A DNA stretch of 64,000 nucleotides from Patescibacteria group bacterium (GTDB lineage: Bacteria > Patescibacteriota > Minisyncoccia > 2-02-FULL-40-12): contig JBBTXZ010000005.1 in assembly GCA_038062015.1 (NCBI GenBank), positions 24,215 to 88,214 on the forward strand, in the 5' to 3' direction. Under the pieces are notes generated by a model. It worked only from the letters and a program-made list of their open reading frames with translations. It had not been told where the DNA came from and did not search any database. The position numbers and the translations under genes were made by a program. This document shows, piece by piece, positions 27,306-38,619 of this stretch (within the stretch, counting starts at the first letter, position 1; the number at the start of each line of letters is the position of its first letter).

Positions 27306-29438
27306 ATGCCAAGAGACTATCCAATCGAAAAAACCCGTAACATAGGCATTATCGCTCACATAGACGCAGGCAAGACCACGGTCAGCGAACGGGTTTTGTT
27401 TTACGCCGGCGTTTCTCATAAAATCGGCGAGGTTCATGAAGGCAAGGCGATTATGGACTGGATGGAGCAGGAACGCGAGCGGGGTATTACCATTACCGCG
27501 GCGGCGACCACGGTTTTTTGGGTGCCTGCTTACGCAATCGCCAATCATCAATCATCAATTACTAACCGAAAAGGCTTAGAATACAAAATCAATATCATTG
27601 ATACTCCCGGGCATGTTGATTTTACAGTTGAGGTGGAGCGTTCTTTGAGAGTGCTTGACGGAGCGGTGGTGGTTTTTGACGGCGTGGCCGGAGTGGAGCC
27701 CCAGTCAGAAACGGTCTGGCGCCAAGCCGACAAGTATAAAATTCCCCGAATATGCTTTATCAATAAATTAGACCGGTTAGGCGCTTCTTTTGATCGTTCT
27801 TTTCAATCAATTCTTGGAAGGCTTACTCCAAGCGCCGTCCGGATGCAGGTTCCTGACGGCGAAGAAGATAAGTTCACCGGCATAGCCGACCTTTTGACTA
27901 TGAAGTTTTATTGCTTTGAAGGAAAATTCGGCGAATCAGTGGCGGAATCGGAAATTCCGGAAAACCTGAAAGAAAAAGTCCAAAAGTTCCGCCACGAATT
28001 AATTGAAAAAATAGCTGAGAGCGACGATGAAATAATGGAAATGTTCTTGGAAGGAAAAGATATTCCCCTTGAAATTTTAAAAAAATCTTTGAGGAAGTCA
28101 GTTTTGAATTATAAAATCGTTCCAGTCTATTGCGGTTCGGCTTTAAAAAACAAAGGAGTTCAATTAGTTTTAGACGCGGTTATTGACTATTTGCCGTCTC
28201 CTTTGGATGTCCCGTCGATTAAAGGAATAAATCCTAAAACCGGCCAAGACGAGGAAAGGCACCCTAAAGATGATGAGCCTTTTACCGCTTTAGCTTTCAA
28301 GGTGGCCACTGATCCTTATGTCGGCCAGCTTACTTTTTTCAGGGTATATTCCGGAGTTTTGAAAGCCGGTTCTTATGTTTTAAACGCGACCAAAGACGAG
28401 AAGGAAAGAATCGGCCGGATTTTAAGAATGCATGCCAATGAAAGGCAGGAATTGTCAGAAGTCTATGCCGGCAATATCGCTGCCACTGTTGGTTTGAAAT
28501 TTACCAAAACCGGCGATACTTTAACTGACCCGGAGTGGCCGGTTGTTTTGGAGGAAATTGTTTTTCCGGAGCCGGTTATTTCTTTGAGGATTGAACCTAA
28601 AACCAAGGCTGACCAGGAGAAGATGTCTTCGGCTTTAAGAAAGCTTTCCGACGAAGATCCGACTTTCCGGATGAAAACCGATCAGGAGACCGGCGACATG
28701 ATTATTTCCGGGATGGGCGAACTTCATCTTGAAATTATCGTTGACCGGATGAAAAGGGAATTTTCAGTCGAGGCCGCTATTGGCCGGCCCCAAGTGGCTT
28801 ACAAAGAAACGATTACCGCTTCGACCGAAGTCGAGGGCAAATATATCAGACAGTCCGGCGGCCGGGGCCAGTACGGCCATGTCTGGTTGCGTCTTGAACC
28901 GTTAGAGCGGGGGCAGGGGCTTGAGTTTGTCAACGCTATCAGAGGCGGAGCCATACCTGATGAGTTCATTCCGGCGGTGGAAAAGGGAATTTTAGAAGCC
29001 AAAGAAAAAGGAGTTTTGGCCGGCTATCCGATAATCGATTTCAAAGCTACTTTGTATGACGGCACTTTCCACGAAGTTGATTCTTCGGAGATCGCTTTTA
29101 AAATCGCGGCTTCAGCCGCTTTTCAAGATGGAGCGAAAAGATCAAAACCGGTTATTTTAGAACCACTGATGAAACTTGAGGTAATTGTTCCGGAAAGATT
29201 CATGGGCGAAGCCACCGGCGATCTTTCGAGCCGTCGAGGCCAGATTTTAAATATCACTGACCGGGGGATCTTGAATCTTAAAGTCATAGATGCTAAGGTT
29301 CCTCTTGGTGAGATGTTCGGCTATGCCACGGTTTTACGTTCTTTGACCGAAGGGAGAGGCACCTTCACGATGGAATTTTCGAATTACGAGACGGTGCCCG
29401 CCAGCGTGGCCGGCGAAATCATCGCCGGGGAAAAATAA
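27306..29438 (+). CDS. fusA: Elongation factor G
   Basis: [42 protein letters not shown]. Confidence 0.98.
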   Translation: MPRDYPIEKTRNIGIIAHIDAGKTTVSERVLFYAGVSHKIGEVHEGKAIMDWMEQERERGITITAAATTVFWVPAYAIANHQSSITNRKGLEYKINIIDTPGHVDFTVEVERSLRVLDGAVVVFDGVAGVEPQSETVWRQADKYKIPRICFINKLDRLGASFDRSFQSILGRLTPSAVRMQVPDGEEDKFTGIADLLTMKFYCFEGKFGESVAESEIPENLKEKVQKFRHELIEKIAESDDEIMEMFLEGKDIPLEILKKSLRKSVLNYKIVPVYCGSALKNKGVQLVLDAVIDYLPSPLDVPSIKGINPKTGQDEERHPKDDEPFTALAFKVATDPYVGQLTFFRVYSGVLKAGSYVLNATKDEKERIGRILRMHANERQELSEVYAGNIAATVGLKFTKTGDTLTDPEWPVVLEEIVFPEPVISLRIEPKTKADQEKMSSALRKLSDEDPTFRMKTDQETGDMIISGMGELHLEIIVDRMKREFSVEAAIGRPQVAYKETITASTEVEGKYIRQSGGRGQYGHVWLRLEPLERGQGLEFVNAIRGGAIPDEFIPAVEKGILEAKEKGVLAGYPIIDFKATLYDGTFHEVDSSEIAFKIAASAAFQDGAKRSKPVILEPLMKLEVIVPERFMGEATGDLSSRRGQILNITDRGILNLKVIDAKVPLGEMFGYATVLRSLTEGRGTFTMEFSNYETVPASVAGEIIAGEK

Positions 29439-29539
29439 GTTTTTGTCTACGAGCGAAGCGAGTGGCTACAAAAAGTATACCCGCCTTAGGCGGGCGCTGA
29501 AATTTATAGTTGCTTGCCAAGCTCGCAAATAAATTCCGC

Positions 29540-29860
29540 ATGATAAACGAAGAATTGAAAAATTTAGTTTCCAGTTTAGGGACTTTGGTAATCGTTGAAA
29601 ATAATCAGCCGAAATTTATAGTCATGACCTATGATAAATTTAATTCAGTTATCCACAAAAGCATTGACAATTCTAGTAATTTTAATAAAGATAGTAATGA
29701 GACGCTAAGCGTTTCTGGTTATCACGCTCAGCGTGATGAGGAGATAGTTAATCGGTTGAATGAAGAAATATTTGCTTTAAAGGAGCAGGTAGTTGAAAAA
29801 GAAAAAGAATTTAGTAATTTGTCTGAGCGCAGCGATAGCGAGCACAGCGACAAATTCTAA
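29540..29860 (+). CDS. Hypothetical protein with Phd/YefM-like N-terminal motif, between fusA and tuf
   Basis: [19 protein letters not shown] then a coiled-coil; flanked by REP-like clusters. Confidence 0.55.
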   Translation: MINEELKNLVSSLGTLVIVENNQPKFIVMTYDKFNSVIHKSIDNSSNFNKDSNETLSVSGYHAQRDEEIVNRLNEEIFALKEQVVEKEKEFSNLSERSDSEHSDKF

Positions 29861-29952
29861 ACCGAGCACATAAATTAGCCGAAAAAAGGCTAATTTATGT
29901 GCTCGGTGAGCGATTTTGCAGCTGCTCACTTCGTTCGCAGGCGAAAATCGTC

Positions 29953-31158
29953 ATGGCGGAAAAATTTGAAAGAAGCAAGACCCATGTGAATATCGGTACT
30001 ATAGGTCACGTGGATCACGGTAAAACCACTTTAACGGCGGCGATGCTTCATGTTGCTGGGGAACTTTTAACCGACGAAGGCTATAAGGCCAGAGTTGAAA
30101 AAATCGACCAGATTGACAAGGCTCCGGAAGAAAAAGCAAGAGGCATTACCATTGCTTTGCATCATTCCGAATTGGAAACGCCTAAAAGGCATTATGCCCA
30201 TGTTGATGCTCCGGGCCATGCCGATTACATTAAAAACATGATCACCGGAGCCGCCCAGATGGATGGAGCGATTCTGGTTGTTTCAGCCCCGGACGGTGCT
30301 ATGCCTCAAACAAGAGAGCATATTCTTTTAGCCCGCCAAGTCGGTGTTCCTTCCATTATCGTATTTTTAAACAAGACCGATCAGGTAGAGGACCAGGAAT
30401 TGGTTGATTTGGTTGAAACCGAAATCAGAGAGCTTCTGAATAAATATCAGTATCCCGGAGATTCAACGCCGATCATCCGCGGTTCGGGCTTGAAGGCCCT
30501 GGAAGCGAAATCAAAAGACGATCCGGCTGTCCAGCCGATTCGCGAGCTTTTGAAGACCATTGATGAATATATTCCGGACCCGGTCAGAGACACCGATAAG
30601 CCCTTTCTTATGCCGATTGAAGACGTTTTTTCGATTGAAGGCCGGGGCACGGTCGTGACCGGAAAAGTTGAGCGGGGCAAGATGAAGCTTAATGAGGAGA
30701 TAGAGATCATTGGAATGAGGCCGACCCAGAAAACAATCATCACCGGCGTCGAGATGTTTAATAAGCAGATGGATGAAACTATTGCCGGTGACAATGTCGG
30801 GCTCTTGCTTCGGGGAATCAAAAAAGAGGATGTTTCCCGCGGCCAGGTCATTGCCAAGCCCGGCTCAATCACTCCTCATACCGAATTTGAAGCCGAAATC
30901 TATATTTTGACCAAAGAGGAAGGCGGCCGCCACACTCCTTTCTTTGCCGGATATAAGCCCCAGTTTTACGTAAGGACTACCGATGTCACCGGTGAAGTAA
31001 TACTGCCGGAAGGAACGGAAATGGTTATGCCCGGTGATACCGTCAACTTGAAAATAAAATTGATTGCGCCGATCGCTCTGGAGGAAAAAATGAGATTCGC
31101 CATCAGAGAGGGAGGGAAAACGGTTGGTGCGGGAGTGGTGACGAAGATAATCGTTTGA
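29953..31158 (+). CDS. tuf: Elongation factor Tu
   Basis: [36 protein letters not shown]; start at 29953. Confidence 0.98.
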   Translation: MAEKFERSKTHVNIGTIGHVDHGKTTLTAAMLHVAGELLTDEGYKARVEKIDQIDKAPEEKARGITIALHHSELETPKRHYAHVDAPGHADYIKNMITGAAQMDGAILVVSAPDGAMPQTREHILLARQVGVPSIIVFLNKTDQVEDQELVDLVETEIRELLNKYQYPGDSTPIIRGSGLKALEAKSKDDPAVQPIRELLKTIDEYIPDPVRDTDKPFLMPIEDVFSIEGRGTVVTGKVERGKMKLNEEIEIIGMRPTQKTIITGVEMFNKQMDETIAGDNVGLLLRGIKKEDVSRGQVIAKPGSITPHTEFEAEIYILTKEEGGRHTPFFAGYKPQFYVRTTDVTGEVILPEGTEMVMPGDTVNLKIKLIAPIALEEKMRFAIREGGKTVGAGVVTKIIV

Positions 31159-31195
31159 TAAGATATATCGAAATATCAGACAGTTCCTTAAATCA

Positions 31196-31540
31196 ATGGC
31201 GAAGGTTAAAAAAGAAAAAGAAAGCAAATCGGAATCGGGGCAGCGGATCAGAATCCGCCTGAAAGCTTTTGACAGCCGAGTCATTGACCGGTCAGTCAAG
31301 CAGATTATTGAAACTTTGGAAAAACTTGATGTTAAAGTGATTGGGCCGATTCCGTTGCCGACAGAGATATGGAAAGACACAGTTCTCCGTTCTCCTTTTG
31401 TCCATAAAGACAGCCGGGAGCAGTTTGAAATGAGGACTCATAAAAGATTAATCGAAATTCTTAATCCGACTCCAAAAATTATTGATTCCTTGATAAATTT
31501 AAGTCTTCCTGCGGGAGTAGATATTGAGATCAAGATGTAG
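31196..31540 (+). CDS. rpsJ: 30S ribosomal protein S10
   Basis: [30 protein letters not shown]. Confidence 0.97.
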   Translation: MAKVKKEKESKSESGQRIRIRLKAFDSRVIDRSVKQIIETLEKLDVKVIGPIPLPTEIWKDTVLRSPFVHKDSREQFEMRTHKRLIEILNPTPKIIDSLINLSLPAGVDIEIKM

Positions 31541-31744
31541 CATCCGAATAGCGCAACCTCGGCTTTCGGCCTCGGGTATCCGAATGCGTCCATCCGAATA
31601 TGCGGTGGCAAATCACGAATCAGAAAGCTATTCCTGGTTCGAAATTTGTTACCACTATGGTAATAAAAACAATAACAATTTAAGTTTGAAAAAAATTTAG
31701 CTTTAGTATGCTTAAAATCGGGCGCTAAGGCCCGATTTTCATTT

Positions 31745-32173
31745 ATGGCAGAAATTGTCGTCCGAAAATTAGGGATGTCTCAAGTATTCAAGGGAAACAA
31801 AGTTATCCCGGTTACTTTGATTGAAGTCCCCGGAGGAGATTTTGAAGTAAAAGAAGGCGACAAAGTAAAGGTGAGCGGGATTTCAAAAGGAAAAGGATTT
31901 CAGGGGGTGGTGAAGAGGCATGGATTTTCCGGTTTTCCGGCCAGCCACGGGCACAAGGGTCACGAAAGGGGGCCCGGTTCAATCGGCCAGAGATTCCCTC
32001 AGCATACTTTGAAAGGGAAAAGGATGGCCGGCCGCATGGGCGGGACAAAAGTGACGGTTAGGAACCTAGAAGTTGTTAAAATAGACAAAGACGATAGAAT
32101 CTTGGCGGTTAAAGGAGCGGTGCCCGGAAGAAGAGGGACGGAGTTAAAGATAATAAAAAGTTTAAATGTTTAA
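31745..32173 (+). CDS. rplC: 50S ribosomal protein L3 (unusually short, 142 aa)
   Basis: [40 protein letters not shown]. Confidence 0.92.
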   Translation: MAEIVVRKLGMSQVFKGNKVIPVTLIEVPGGDFEVKEGDKVKVSGISKGKGFQGVVKRHGFSGFPASHGHKGHERGPGSIGQRFPQHTLKGKRMAGRMGGTKVTVRNLEVVKIDKDDRILAVKGAVPGRRGTELKIIKSLNV

Positions 32174-32191
32174 AAGTTTAAAAATAAAATT

Positions 32192-32851
32192 ATGGAAGTT
32201 AAATTATACAATCAGTCAGGTGAAGAAGTCGGAAGCGTTGAATTATCAGATGCTATTTTTAATGTGCCGATAAACCCAGATTTAATTTATCAGGCAGTGG
32301 TTACCCAAAGGGCCAACGCCAGAAAAATTTTAGCTCACGCAAAAGGAAGAGGCGAAGTAAGAGGTGGCGGTAAAAAGCCGTGGCGTCAGAAAGGCACTGG
32401 CCGGGCCCGGCATGGTTCAATAAGGTCGCCGATTTGGAAAGGAGGCGGAGTGACTCACGGACCCCTCAAGCAAAAAGTCTATTTTAAAAATATAAATAAA
32501 AAAGCCAGAAGGAAGGCTCTCTTTATGGCTTTGAGTTCAAAAATTAAAGACGGCCAGTTAATAATTTTGGATTCCATTTCTTTGGTTGAAGCCAAGACTA
32601 AAAAAATGAAAGAGATTATAGACAAAATTTCAGTTAATTTGCCGGGATACAAAAAGAGCAGAAAAAAAAACGATTCAATTTTATTGGTTCAACCCGATTC
32701 GGATAAATCCCTGATCAGAACCGCCAGGAACTTAAATTTTGCCAAAGTAGTTCGGGCCGACGGTTTGAATACGACCGATGTTCTAGAAAAAAAATATCTT
32801 GTCTTACTGAAAAATGCGATACCGGTGATTGAAAAGACATACCTTAGATAA
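32192..32851 (+). CDS. rplD: 50S ribosomal protein L4
   Basis: GGGKKPWRQKGTGRARHGSIRSP. Confidence 0.97.
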   Translation: MEVKLYNQSGEEVGSVELSDAIFNVPINPDLIYQAVVTQRANARKILAHAKGRGEVRGGGKKPWRQKGTGRARHGSIRSPIWKGGGVTHGPLKQKVYFKNINKKARRKALFMALSSKIKDGQLIILDSISLVEAKTKKMKEIIDKISVNLPGYKKSRKKNDSILLVQPDSDKSLIRTARNLNFAKVVRADGLNTTDVLEKKYLVLLKNAIPVIEKTYLR

Positions 32852-32948
32852 TTTTCAATTTTCAATTTTAAATGAAATCTAAATTTTTAAAATTCAAAAC
32901 ATTTAAGCGTTCAATTAAAATTTAAAATTTGGGTTTTGAATTTTTAAC

Positions 32949-33338
32949 ATGGCATTATTCAAAAGAAAAAAAGAGCCCCCCTTCGCTAAAGCTACGGAGG
33001 GCAAGGGAATAAAAGAAGCCGAGAAGAAGGAGGCCAAACTTGGTTTGCCTGTAGGCAAAGACCCTCGGCTTTACAAAATAGTAGAGAAGCTGGTTCAAAC
33101 CGAAAAAGCAATCGGTTCGTCCAGCCACAATAAATATGTTTTTAAGGTTTCGCCGAAAACCAACAAGATTGAAGTCAAGAAAGCGATTGAAAAATTATAC
33201 GAGGTTAAAGTCAAGGACGTGAGAATAATTAATACGTTTGGGAAAAAGAGGCAGGTCGGCCGTTTTGAAGGCTGGAAGCCGGGTTTTAAAAAGGCGATCG
33301 TGGCATTAGAGAAAGGATATAAAATTGAAACAATATAA
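32949..33338 (+). CDS. rplW: 50S ribosomal protein L23 with N-terminal extension
   Basis: TEKA, YVFKV, NKIEVKKAIEKLYEV, KKAIVAL. Confidence 0.93.
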   Translation: MALFKRKKEPPFAKATEGKGIKEAEKKEAKLGLPVGKDPRLYKIVEKLVQTEKAIGSSSHNKYVFKVSPKTNKIEVKKAIEKLYEVKVKDVRIINTFGKKRQVGRFEGWKPGFKKAIVALEKGYKIETI

Positions 33339-34149
33339 ACCCATAACTCCGGGAAGAAGACAGATGACTGGCTACAATTTCAATGGTTTGATTAAAACCA
33401 GGCCTTTAAAATCTTTGACTAAGAATTTTAAAAGAAGTTTCGGCCGTTCCGGCAACGGAAGAATCACTTCAAGGCATTTAGGCGGGGGTCATAAAAAACT
33501 ATACCGTTTGGTTGATTTCAAGCAGGACAAATTAGATATGCCGGCCAGAGTCAAGACTATTGAATACGATCCATATCGGTCATCTAGGATTGCCTTGGTT
33601 GCTTATGCCGATGGAGAAAAGAGATATATTTTATCGCCTGACGGGCTTAAGATTGGAGAAAAAATACAGTCTTTTTCCGGAAAAGGAAATTTGGATAACG
33701 GTAACAGGATGAAGTTAAGATTTATTCCTCAAGGAACGTTGGTCCATAATATTGAATTAAATCCTGGTCAGGGCGGGAAAATGGCCAGATCAGCCGGTTC
33801 TTCGGCTCAAGTTCTGGCTCAGGATAATAAATATACCCAGCTAAAAATGCCTTCCGGAGAAGTAAGAATGGTTTTGTCGGAAAGCCGGGCTTCGATAGGC
33901 CAGCTTTCAAATCCAGAGCATATTCATATCAGCCTTGGGAAAGCCGGAAGATCGCGTTGGCTTGGAAAAAGGCCGAAAGTCCGCGGTTCGGCCATGAATC
34001 CGGTTGACCATCCGCATGGCGGCGGCGAAGGCAGGCAGGGCATCGGTTTAACCGGTCCTAAAACCCCTTGGGGCAAGCCGGCTAGGGGGGTAAAAACCAG
34101 AAAAAGAAAGAAGAAGTCGAGCAAGTTAATTTTAAAGAGAAGAAAGTAA
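33325..34149 (+). CDS. rplB: 50S ribosomal protein L2
   Basis: IEYDPYRS, VRGSAMNPVDHPHGGGEG. Confidence 0.98.
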   Translation: MKQYKPITPGRRQMTGYNFNGLIKTRPLKSLTKNFKRSFGRSGNGRITSRHLGGGHKKLYRLVDFKQDKLDMPARVKTIEYDPYRSSRIALVAYADGEKRYILSPDGLKIGEKIQSFSGKGNLDNGNRMKLRFIPQGTLVHNIELNPGQGGKMARSAGSSAQVLAQDNKYTQLKMPSGEVRMVLSESRASIGQLSNPEHIHISLGKAGRSRWLGKRPKVRGSAMNPVDHPHGGGEGRQGIGLTGPKTPWGKPARGVKTRKRKKKSSKLILKRRK

Positions 34150-34226
34150 CATCTACAAAATTACAAATCATTTACGAATATACAAATTTGTATATTTGTA
34201 GGGATTTGTAAATTCGTAGATATTTA

Positions 34227-34565
34227 ATGAGCCGAAGCCTAAAAAAAGGACCATATGTAGATCAGAAATTGCTCAAGAAATTGGGGCGGTTTAAAGCTGG
34301 CGATAAAACAATTATCAAAACCTGGTCGCGGGGCTCATCCGTTACCCCGGAAATGGTCGGTTTTACTATCGGCGTTCATAACGGTAAAATCCATATTCCG
34401 GTTTTTATCGTTGAAGAGATGGTCGGCCATAAATTGGGCGAATTCAGTTTGACTAAGAAATTCACCCGGCACGGCGGAAAGATGCAGAGAGAACTTGAAG
34501 CCCAAGCCAAACAGAAAGAGATTGATGCGGCCAAAACGGTCAAGGCGGCCGAAGAGAAGAAATAG
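34227..34565 (+). CDS. rpsS: 30S ribosomal protein S19
   Basis: [24 protein letters not shown]. Confidence 0.97.
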   Translation: MSRSLKKGPYVDQKLLKKLGRFKAGDKTIIKTWSRGSSVTPEMVGFTIGVHNGKIHIPVFIVEEMVGHKLGEFSLTKKFTRHGGKMQRELEAQAKQKEIDAAKTVKAAEEKK

Positions 34566-34577
34566 TTAACTAAAACT

Positions 34578-35123
34578 ATGCCACAAATCACTGCCCAATT
34601 AAATTATTTACGAATATCCCCCAGAAAAGTGCGGGCGGTGGTTGAATTGCTTAGGGGCTTGGATGTTGATGCGGCCATAGCCCAGCTTAGATATTTAACC
34701 AGAAGGCCAGCCAAGCCGATTTTAAAGCTTTTAAATTCAGCTATTTCTAATGCAAAGCACCTTGGTTTCGAAAAAGATTATCTTTATATAAAAGAAGCAA
34801 TGGTTAATGAAGGAATGAAATTAAAAAGATATAAGCCCAAAGGATTTAGTCTTATGATGCCGATTCAGAAAAAAACTTCGCATATAAAAATAGTTTTGGA
34901 CGAGCTTCCGGAAGAAAAAAAGAAAAAGAAAGAAAAGTTAATAGCTAAAATGCCGAAAATTGAAGAGAAAAAACTTTCCTTCGGCAAGGCTATGGAGGAT
35001 AAGAAGGAAGAAAAAATTGAAAAACCAAAGTTTGGTAAAGAAACAGAAAAAGTTCCAAAGAAAAGAGGATTCGGCGGGATTAAGACATTGGGTCGGAGGT
35101 TATTTAGAAGAAAGGTGGTTTAA
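34578..35123 (+). CDS. rplV: 50S ribosomal protein L22 with Lys/Glu-rich C-terminal extension
   Basis: LRISPRKVR, KLLNSAISNA, TSHIKIVL. Confidence 0.95.
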   Translation: MPQITAQLNYLRISPRKVRAVVELLRGLDVDAAIAQLRYLTRRPAKPILKLLNSAISNAKHLGFEKDYLYIKEAMVNEGMKLKRYKPKGFSLMMPIQKKTSHIKIVLDELPEEKKKKKEKLIAKMPKIEEKKLSFGKAMEDKKEEKIEKPKFGKETEKVPKKRGFGGIKTLGRRLFRRKVV

Positions 35124-35177
35124 AGAAATTTCGATATGTCGATATAAAAACATTTCGACATATCGAAATATCAAATT

Positions 35178-35834
35178 ATGGGGCAGAAAACTTCACCAAT
35201 TTCAATGAGGATGGGTTTTACCCAGGACTGGCGCTCCCGGTATTTTTCCAAACGCGAAATGATTAAGTACCTGAGGGAAGATGTCAAAATCCGCGAATTT
35301 TTAAATAAAAAATTGAGATTTATGAGCGTAGCCCGGGTTGAAATTGAAAGGACGGCCGGCCAGCTGAAAGTAATAATTTTTACTTCAAGGCCGGGTTTGA
35401 TCATTGGCCGCGGCGGAACCGGAAGCGAAGAACTTAAAAAAGAAATTGAAAAGTTGATTGCCTGTTCTAGCCCGGTGAGAATTGAAATCCAGGAATATAG
35501 AGGCCCGGAAAGCTCGGCGGCGATAATGGCCGAACAGATTGTTGAGCGAGTCGAGAAAAGGGTGCCTTTTCGAAGAGTCATTAAGCAGGCTTTGGCAAAA
35601 ATAATATCAAATCGGGAGGTCAAAGGGGCCAAGATTGGAATTAAGGGCCGTCTGGATGGAAGTGAAATCGCCCGGACAGAGCATTTAGAAGAAGGATTGA
35701 TGCCTCTTCAAAAATTGACCGCCGATATCGATTTTGCTAAAAATACGGCTTATACCACTTATGGAACAGTCGGAGTAAAAGTTTGGATTTATAAAGGCGA
35801 TGTAAAAAATGGTGTTTCAACCAAGAAGGATTAA
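35178..35834 (+). CDS. rpsC: 30S ribosomal protein S3
   Basis: MGQK..P, RPGLIIGRGG, GRLDGSEIAR, YGTVGVKVWI. Confidence 0.97.
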   Translation: MGQKTSPISMRMGFTQDWRSRYFSKREMIKYLREDVKIREFLNKKLRFMSVARVEIERTAGQLKVIIFTSRPGLIIGRGGTGSEELKKEIEKLIACSSPVRIEIQEYRGPESSAAIMAEQIVERVEKRVPFRRVIKQALAKIISNREVKGAKIGIKGRLDGSEIARTEHLEEGLMPLQKLTADIDFAKNTAYTTYGTVGVKVWIYKGDVKNGVSTKKD

Positions 35835-36216
35835 ATATCCAAAAGTCCATAAAGGCCGATTAAAGAAAGTCTCGAGCCGAGGCGTCAGCTTAGCTTTTGG
35901 TTCCTATGGTCTCAAGGCTTTAGAATCAAGCTGGATAAAAGTCAATCAAATAGAAGCGGCCAGAAGGACTTTAATCAGGTATCTTGAAAAAGGAGGGAAA
36001 ATTTGGATCAGGATTTTCCCCGATAAGCCCCGAACCGCCAGAAGTCCGGAACTTGGAATGGGCGGGGGAGCTGGAAGCATGAGTCATTTTGTTGCGCCGG
36101 TTGAAGCAGGCAGAATTTTATTCGAGCTCGACGGCATTTCCGAAGACGCGGCCAAAGAGGCTTTTAAACTGGCCAGCCATAAATTGCCGGTAAAGACCAG
36201 ATTCATTAAAAGATAA
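35809..36216 (+). CDS. rplP: 50S ribosomal protein L16
   Basis: QIEAARR, IWIRIFPDKP, KLPVKTRF. Confidence 0.97.
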   Translation: MVFQPRRIKYPKVHKGRLKKVSSRGVSLAFGSYGLKALESSWIKVNQIEAARRTLIRYLEKGGKIWIRIFPDKPRTARSPELGMGGGAGSMSHFVAPVEAGRILFELDGISEDAAKEAFKLASHKLPVKTRFIKR

Positions 36217-36292
36217 TACTACGAAGTACGAATCAGTCCGAATGTACGAATTCGTATATTCGTAAAGATTCGTAAATTCGTAGTTTAACATT

Positions 36293-36559
36293 TTGACAGT
36301 AGAAAAAATCATAGAAAAAAAGAAGAAGCGGCAACTAAAAGGAATAGTGGTTTCAGACAAGATGCAGAAAACCATCGTGGTTTCGGTTGTCCGTTTGAAA
36401 AAGCATCCCAAATACAAAAAATATTTCAAGGTTACCAGAAAATTCAAAGCCCATGACGAGAATAATGAATATCATGTGGCTGATAAAGTAGTAATAGAAG
36501 AAACGAGGCCGCTGTCGAAAGATAAGAAATGGAGGGTAATTAGTAAACCATTGGCATGA
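36293..36559 (+). CDS. rpsQ: 30S ribosomal protein S17
   Basis: [31 protein letters not shown]. Confidence 0.96.
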   Translation: MTVEKIIEKKKKRQLKGIVVSDKMQKTIVVSVVRLKKHPKYKKYFKVTRKFKAHDENNEYHVADKVVIEETRPLSKDKKWRVISKPLA

Positions 36560-36921
36560 TTCAATTACGAAGTATTATTAATGTTGCCGACAACTCGGGC
36601 GCTAAAACTATTGGCGTAATTAGGGTTTTGAAAGGCCATAAGGGGAAATACGGCGAAGTCGGCGATATCGTCGTTGGTTCGGTTAAGGAAGCAGAACCGA
36701 GAAAGGCAGTCAAGAAAAAGGACATAGTCCGCGCTTTGATTGTAAGGCAGAAGAAACCCATCAGGAGATTAGACGGTTCGTATGTGAGATTCGATGACAA
36801 CGCCGTAGTCATAATTGAAGGCAAAGAGCCGAAAGCGACAAGGATTTTCGGGCCGATAGCCAGAGAAGTAAGAGAAAGAGGCTTTAATGCGGTCGCTTCA
36901 ATGGCAGAAGAACTGGTGTAA
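36556..36921 (+). CDS. rplN: 50S ribosomal protein L14
   Basis: [26 protein letters not shown]. Confidence 0.97.
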   Translation: MIQLRSIINVADNSGAKTIGVIRVLKGHKGKYGEVGDIVVGSVKEAEPRKAVKKKDIVRALIVRQKKPIRRLDGSYVRFDDNAVVIIEGKEPKATRIFGPIAREVRERGFNAVASMAEELV

Positions 36922-36997
36922 ATCTACGAATTTACCAATTCATTACAAATATACAAATATTTGTATATTTGTAGAGATTTGTAATTTTGTAGATAAA

Positions 36998-37303
36998 ATG
37001 AATATTCGAACGAATGATACAATAATGATGCTTATAGGCAAAGATAAAGGTAAAACTGGAAAAATACTGCAAGTTTTGCCAAAAAGCGGAAAGGCCGTAG
37101 TTGAAGGCTTGAACCTGGTTAAAAGGCACCAGCGACCCAAGAAACAAGGCCAAAAAGGAGAAATTATTTCAAGGCCGAGGCCGATTGATATTTCGAATGT
37201 GATGTTAATTTGCCGGCACTGCAAGAAGCCTTCAAGAATGGGAATGAGACGAGAAGGTAAAAAAGTATTTAGGGTCTGCAAGAGATGCCGTGGAGAAAAT
37301 TAA
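36998..37303 (+). CDS. rplX: 50S ribosomal protein L24
   Basis: GKDKGKTGK, VVEGLNL, PIDISNV; start moved to ATG 36998. Confidence 0.95.
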   Translation: MNIRTNDTIMMLIGKDKGKTGKILQVLPKSGKAVVEGLNLVKRHQRPKKQGQKGEIISRPRPIDISNVMLICRHCKKPSRMGMRREGKKVFRVCKRCRGEN

Positions 37304-37304
37304 A

Positions 37305-37838
37305 ATGACCAGACTTTTAGAAAAGTATAGAAAAGTAATGCCATCCATGATGGAGAAGTTTTCTTATAAGAATGTAATGGCTGTTCCGAAGATTGAAAAG
37401 GTCGTAATAAATGTCGGATCAGGAAGAATAGATTCCGAACCGAAATTCAAAGAAAGGGTCCAAAAAGATATCGCCGCAATTTGTGGCCAGAAGCCGGCTT
37501 CAAGATCAGCCAAAAAATCGATTTCCGGGTTTAAAATAAGACAGGGGATGATGATTGGTTTTATTTCCACTTTAAGGGGGAAAAGGATGTATGATTTTCT
37601 GGACCGTCTGATCTCAATAGCTCTGCCAAGATCTCGCGATTTCCGGGGCATCGACGTCAAATCGTTTGATCAAAAAGGCAGTTTGAATATGGGTATAAGA
37701 GAGCAGATAATTTTTCCGGAGGTGAACTACGAATCATCCAAAGATATTTTTCCTTTTCAAATTACGGTCGTGACCACGGCTAAAACCAAAGAAGAGGGAT
37801 TGGAATTATTGAAATTAATGGGATTTCCAATAAAATAA
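37305..37838 (+). CDS. rplE: 50S ribosomal protein L5
   Basis: [32 protein letters not shown]. Confidence 0.97.
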   Translation: MTRLLEKYRKVMPSMMEKFSYKNVMAVPKIEKVVINVGSGRIDSEPKFKERVQKDIAAICGQKPASRSAKKSISGFKIRQGMMIGFISTLRGKRMYDFLDRLISIALPRSRDFRGIDVKSFDQKGSLNMGIREQIIFPEVNYESSKDIFPFQITVVTTAKTKEEGLELLKLMGFPIK

Positions 37839-37851
37839 ATTTCGATATATT

Positions 37852-38037
37852 ATGGCTAAAAAATCACTAGTTTCCAGATTGAATAAACCGAAAAAATACA
37901 AAGTTAGAAAAGTTAACCATTGTTTTATTTGCGGCCGGACAAGAGGCTATATCAGAAAATTTGATTTATGCCGGATACATTTTAGGGAGTTAGCCTCGAA
38001 AGGGGAGATCCCGGGGGTAAAGAAATCATCATGGTAA
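37852..38037 (+). CDS. rpsN: 30S ribosomal protein S14 (type Z)
   Basis: [25 protein letters not shown]. Confidence 0.95.
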   Translation: MAKKSLVSRLNKPKKYKVRKVNHCFICGRTRGYIRKFDLCRIHFRELASKGEIPGVKKSSW

Positions 38038-38167
38038 AGGCTTGGTTGAAAAATTCAAGCCAAAGGCGTAGAATTTTTCAACCAAGCCTTTACCCGCCTA
38101 AGGCGGGCGCTCAACTTTGTAGTTGTTCGCTTCACCCCGCTGAGCGGGGATTCGCTCACAAACAAAA
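38034..38167. repeat. Composite REP-like hairpin cluster
   Basis: ggtaaaggcttggttgaaaaattc / gaatttttcaaccaagcctttacc IR; cccgcctaaggcggg; ccccgctgagcgggg. Confidence 0.85.
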
Positions 38168-38572
38168 ATGGCAGATTTAACTTCAGATTTTTTCATCAGA
38201 ATAAAAAACGCCTATCTGGTTAAAAAAGACCGGGTGGTTGTGCCTTTTTCAAGAATGAAATACGAAATGGCTAAAATTTTGGAGCAAAGCGGTTTTGTTT
38301 TGGCTATCCGGAAAAAAAAGAAAATAAAAAAAAGTGGATATGAAGAACTATTTCTGGATTTAAAGTTGAAATACGAAGGGGATGAGCCGGCATTCAGCAA
38401 TGTCAGGCTTCTTTCAAGTCCGAGCCGGCGGATTTATTTGAAGAAAAGCGAAATCAGGCCGGTTAGAGACGGCTACGGTATTTTAATAATTTCTACTTCG
38501 CGCGGGATTATGACCGGCGACCAGGCCCAGAAGCTCGGTCTTGGCGGCCAAGCGATAGCAGAAGTGTGGTAG
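38168..38572 (+). CDS. rpsH: 30S ribosomal protein S8
   Basis: RIKNA, SSPSRRIY, IISTSRGIMT. Confidence 0.96.
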   Translation: MADLTSDFFIRIKNAYLVKKDRVVVPFSRMKYEMAKILEQSGFVLAIRKKKKIKKSGYEELFLDLKLKYEGDEPAFSNVRLLSSPSRRIYLKKSEIRPVRDGYGILIISTSRGIMTGDQAQKLGLGGQAIAEVW

Positions 38573-38619
38573 CGGAGAGAAATAGAATTTAGTAAATAGA
38601 ACTTAGAATATTTAAATTT

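Noticed and set aside
29649-29657. DnaA box TTATCCACA suggesting oriC
   Set aside because: Single box inside an ORF in the str operon; no cluster of boxes or dnaA nearby.
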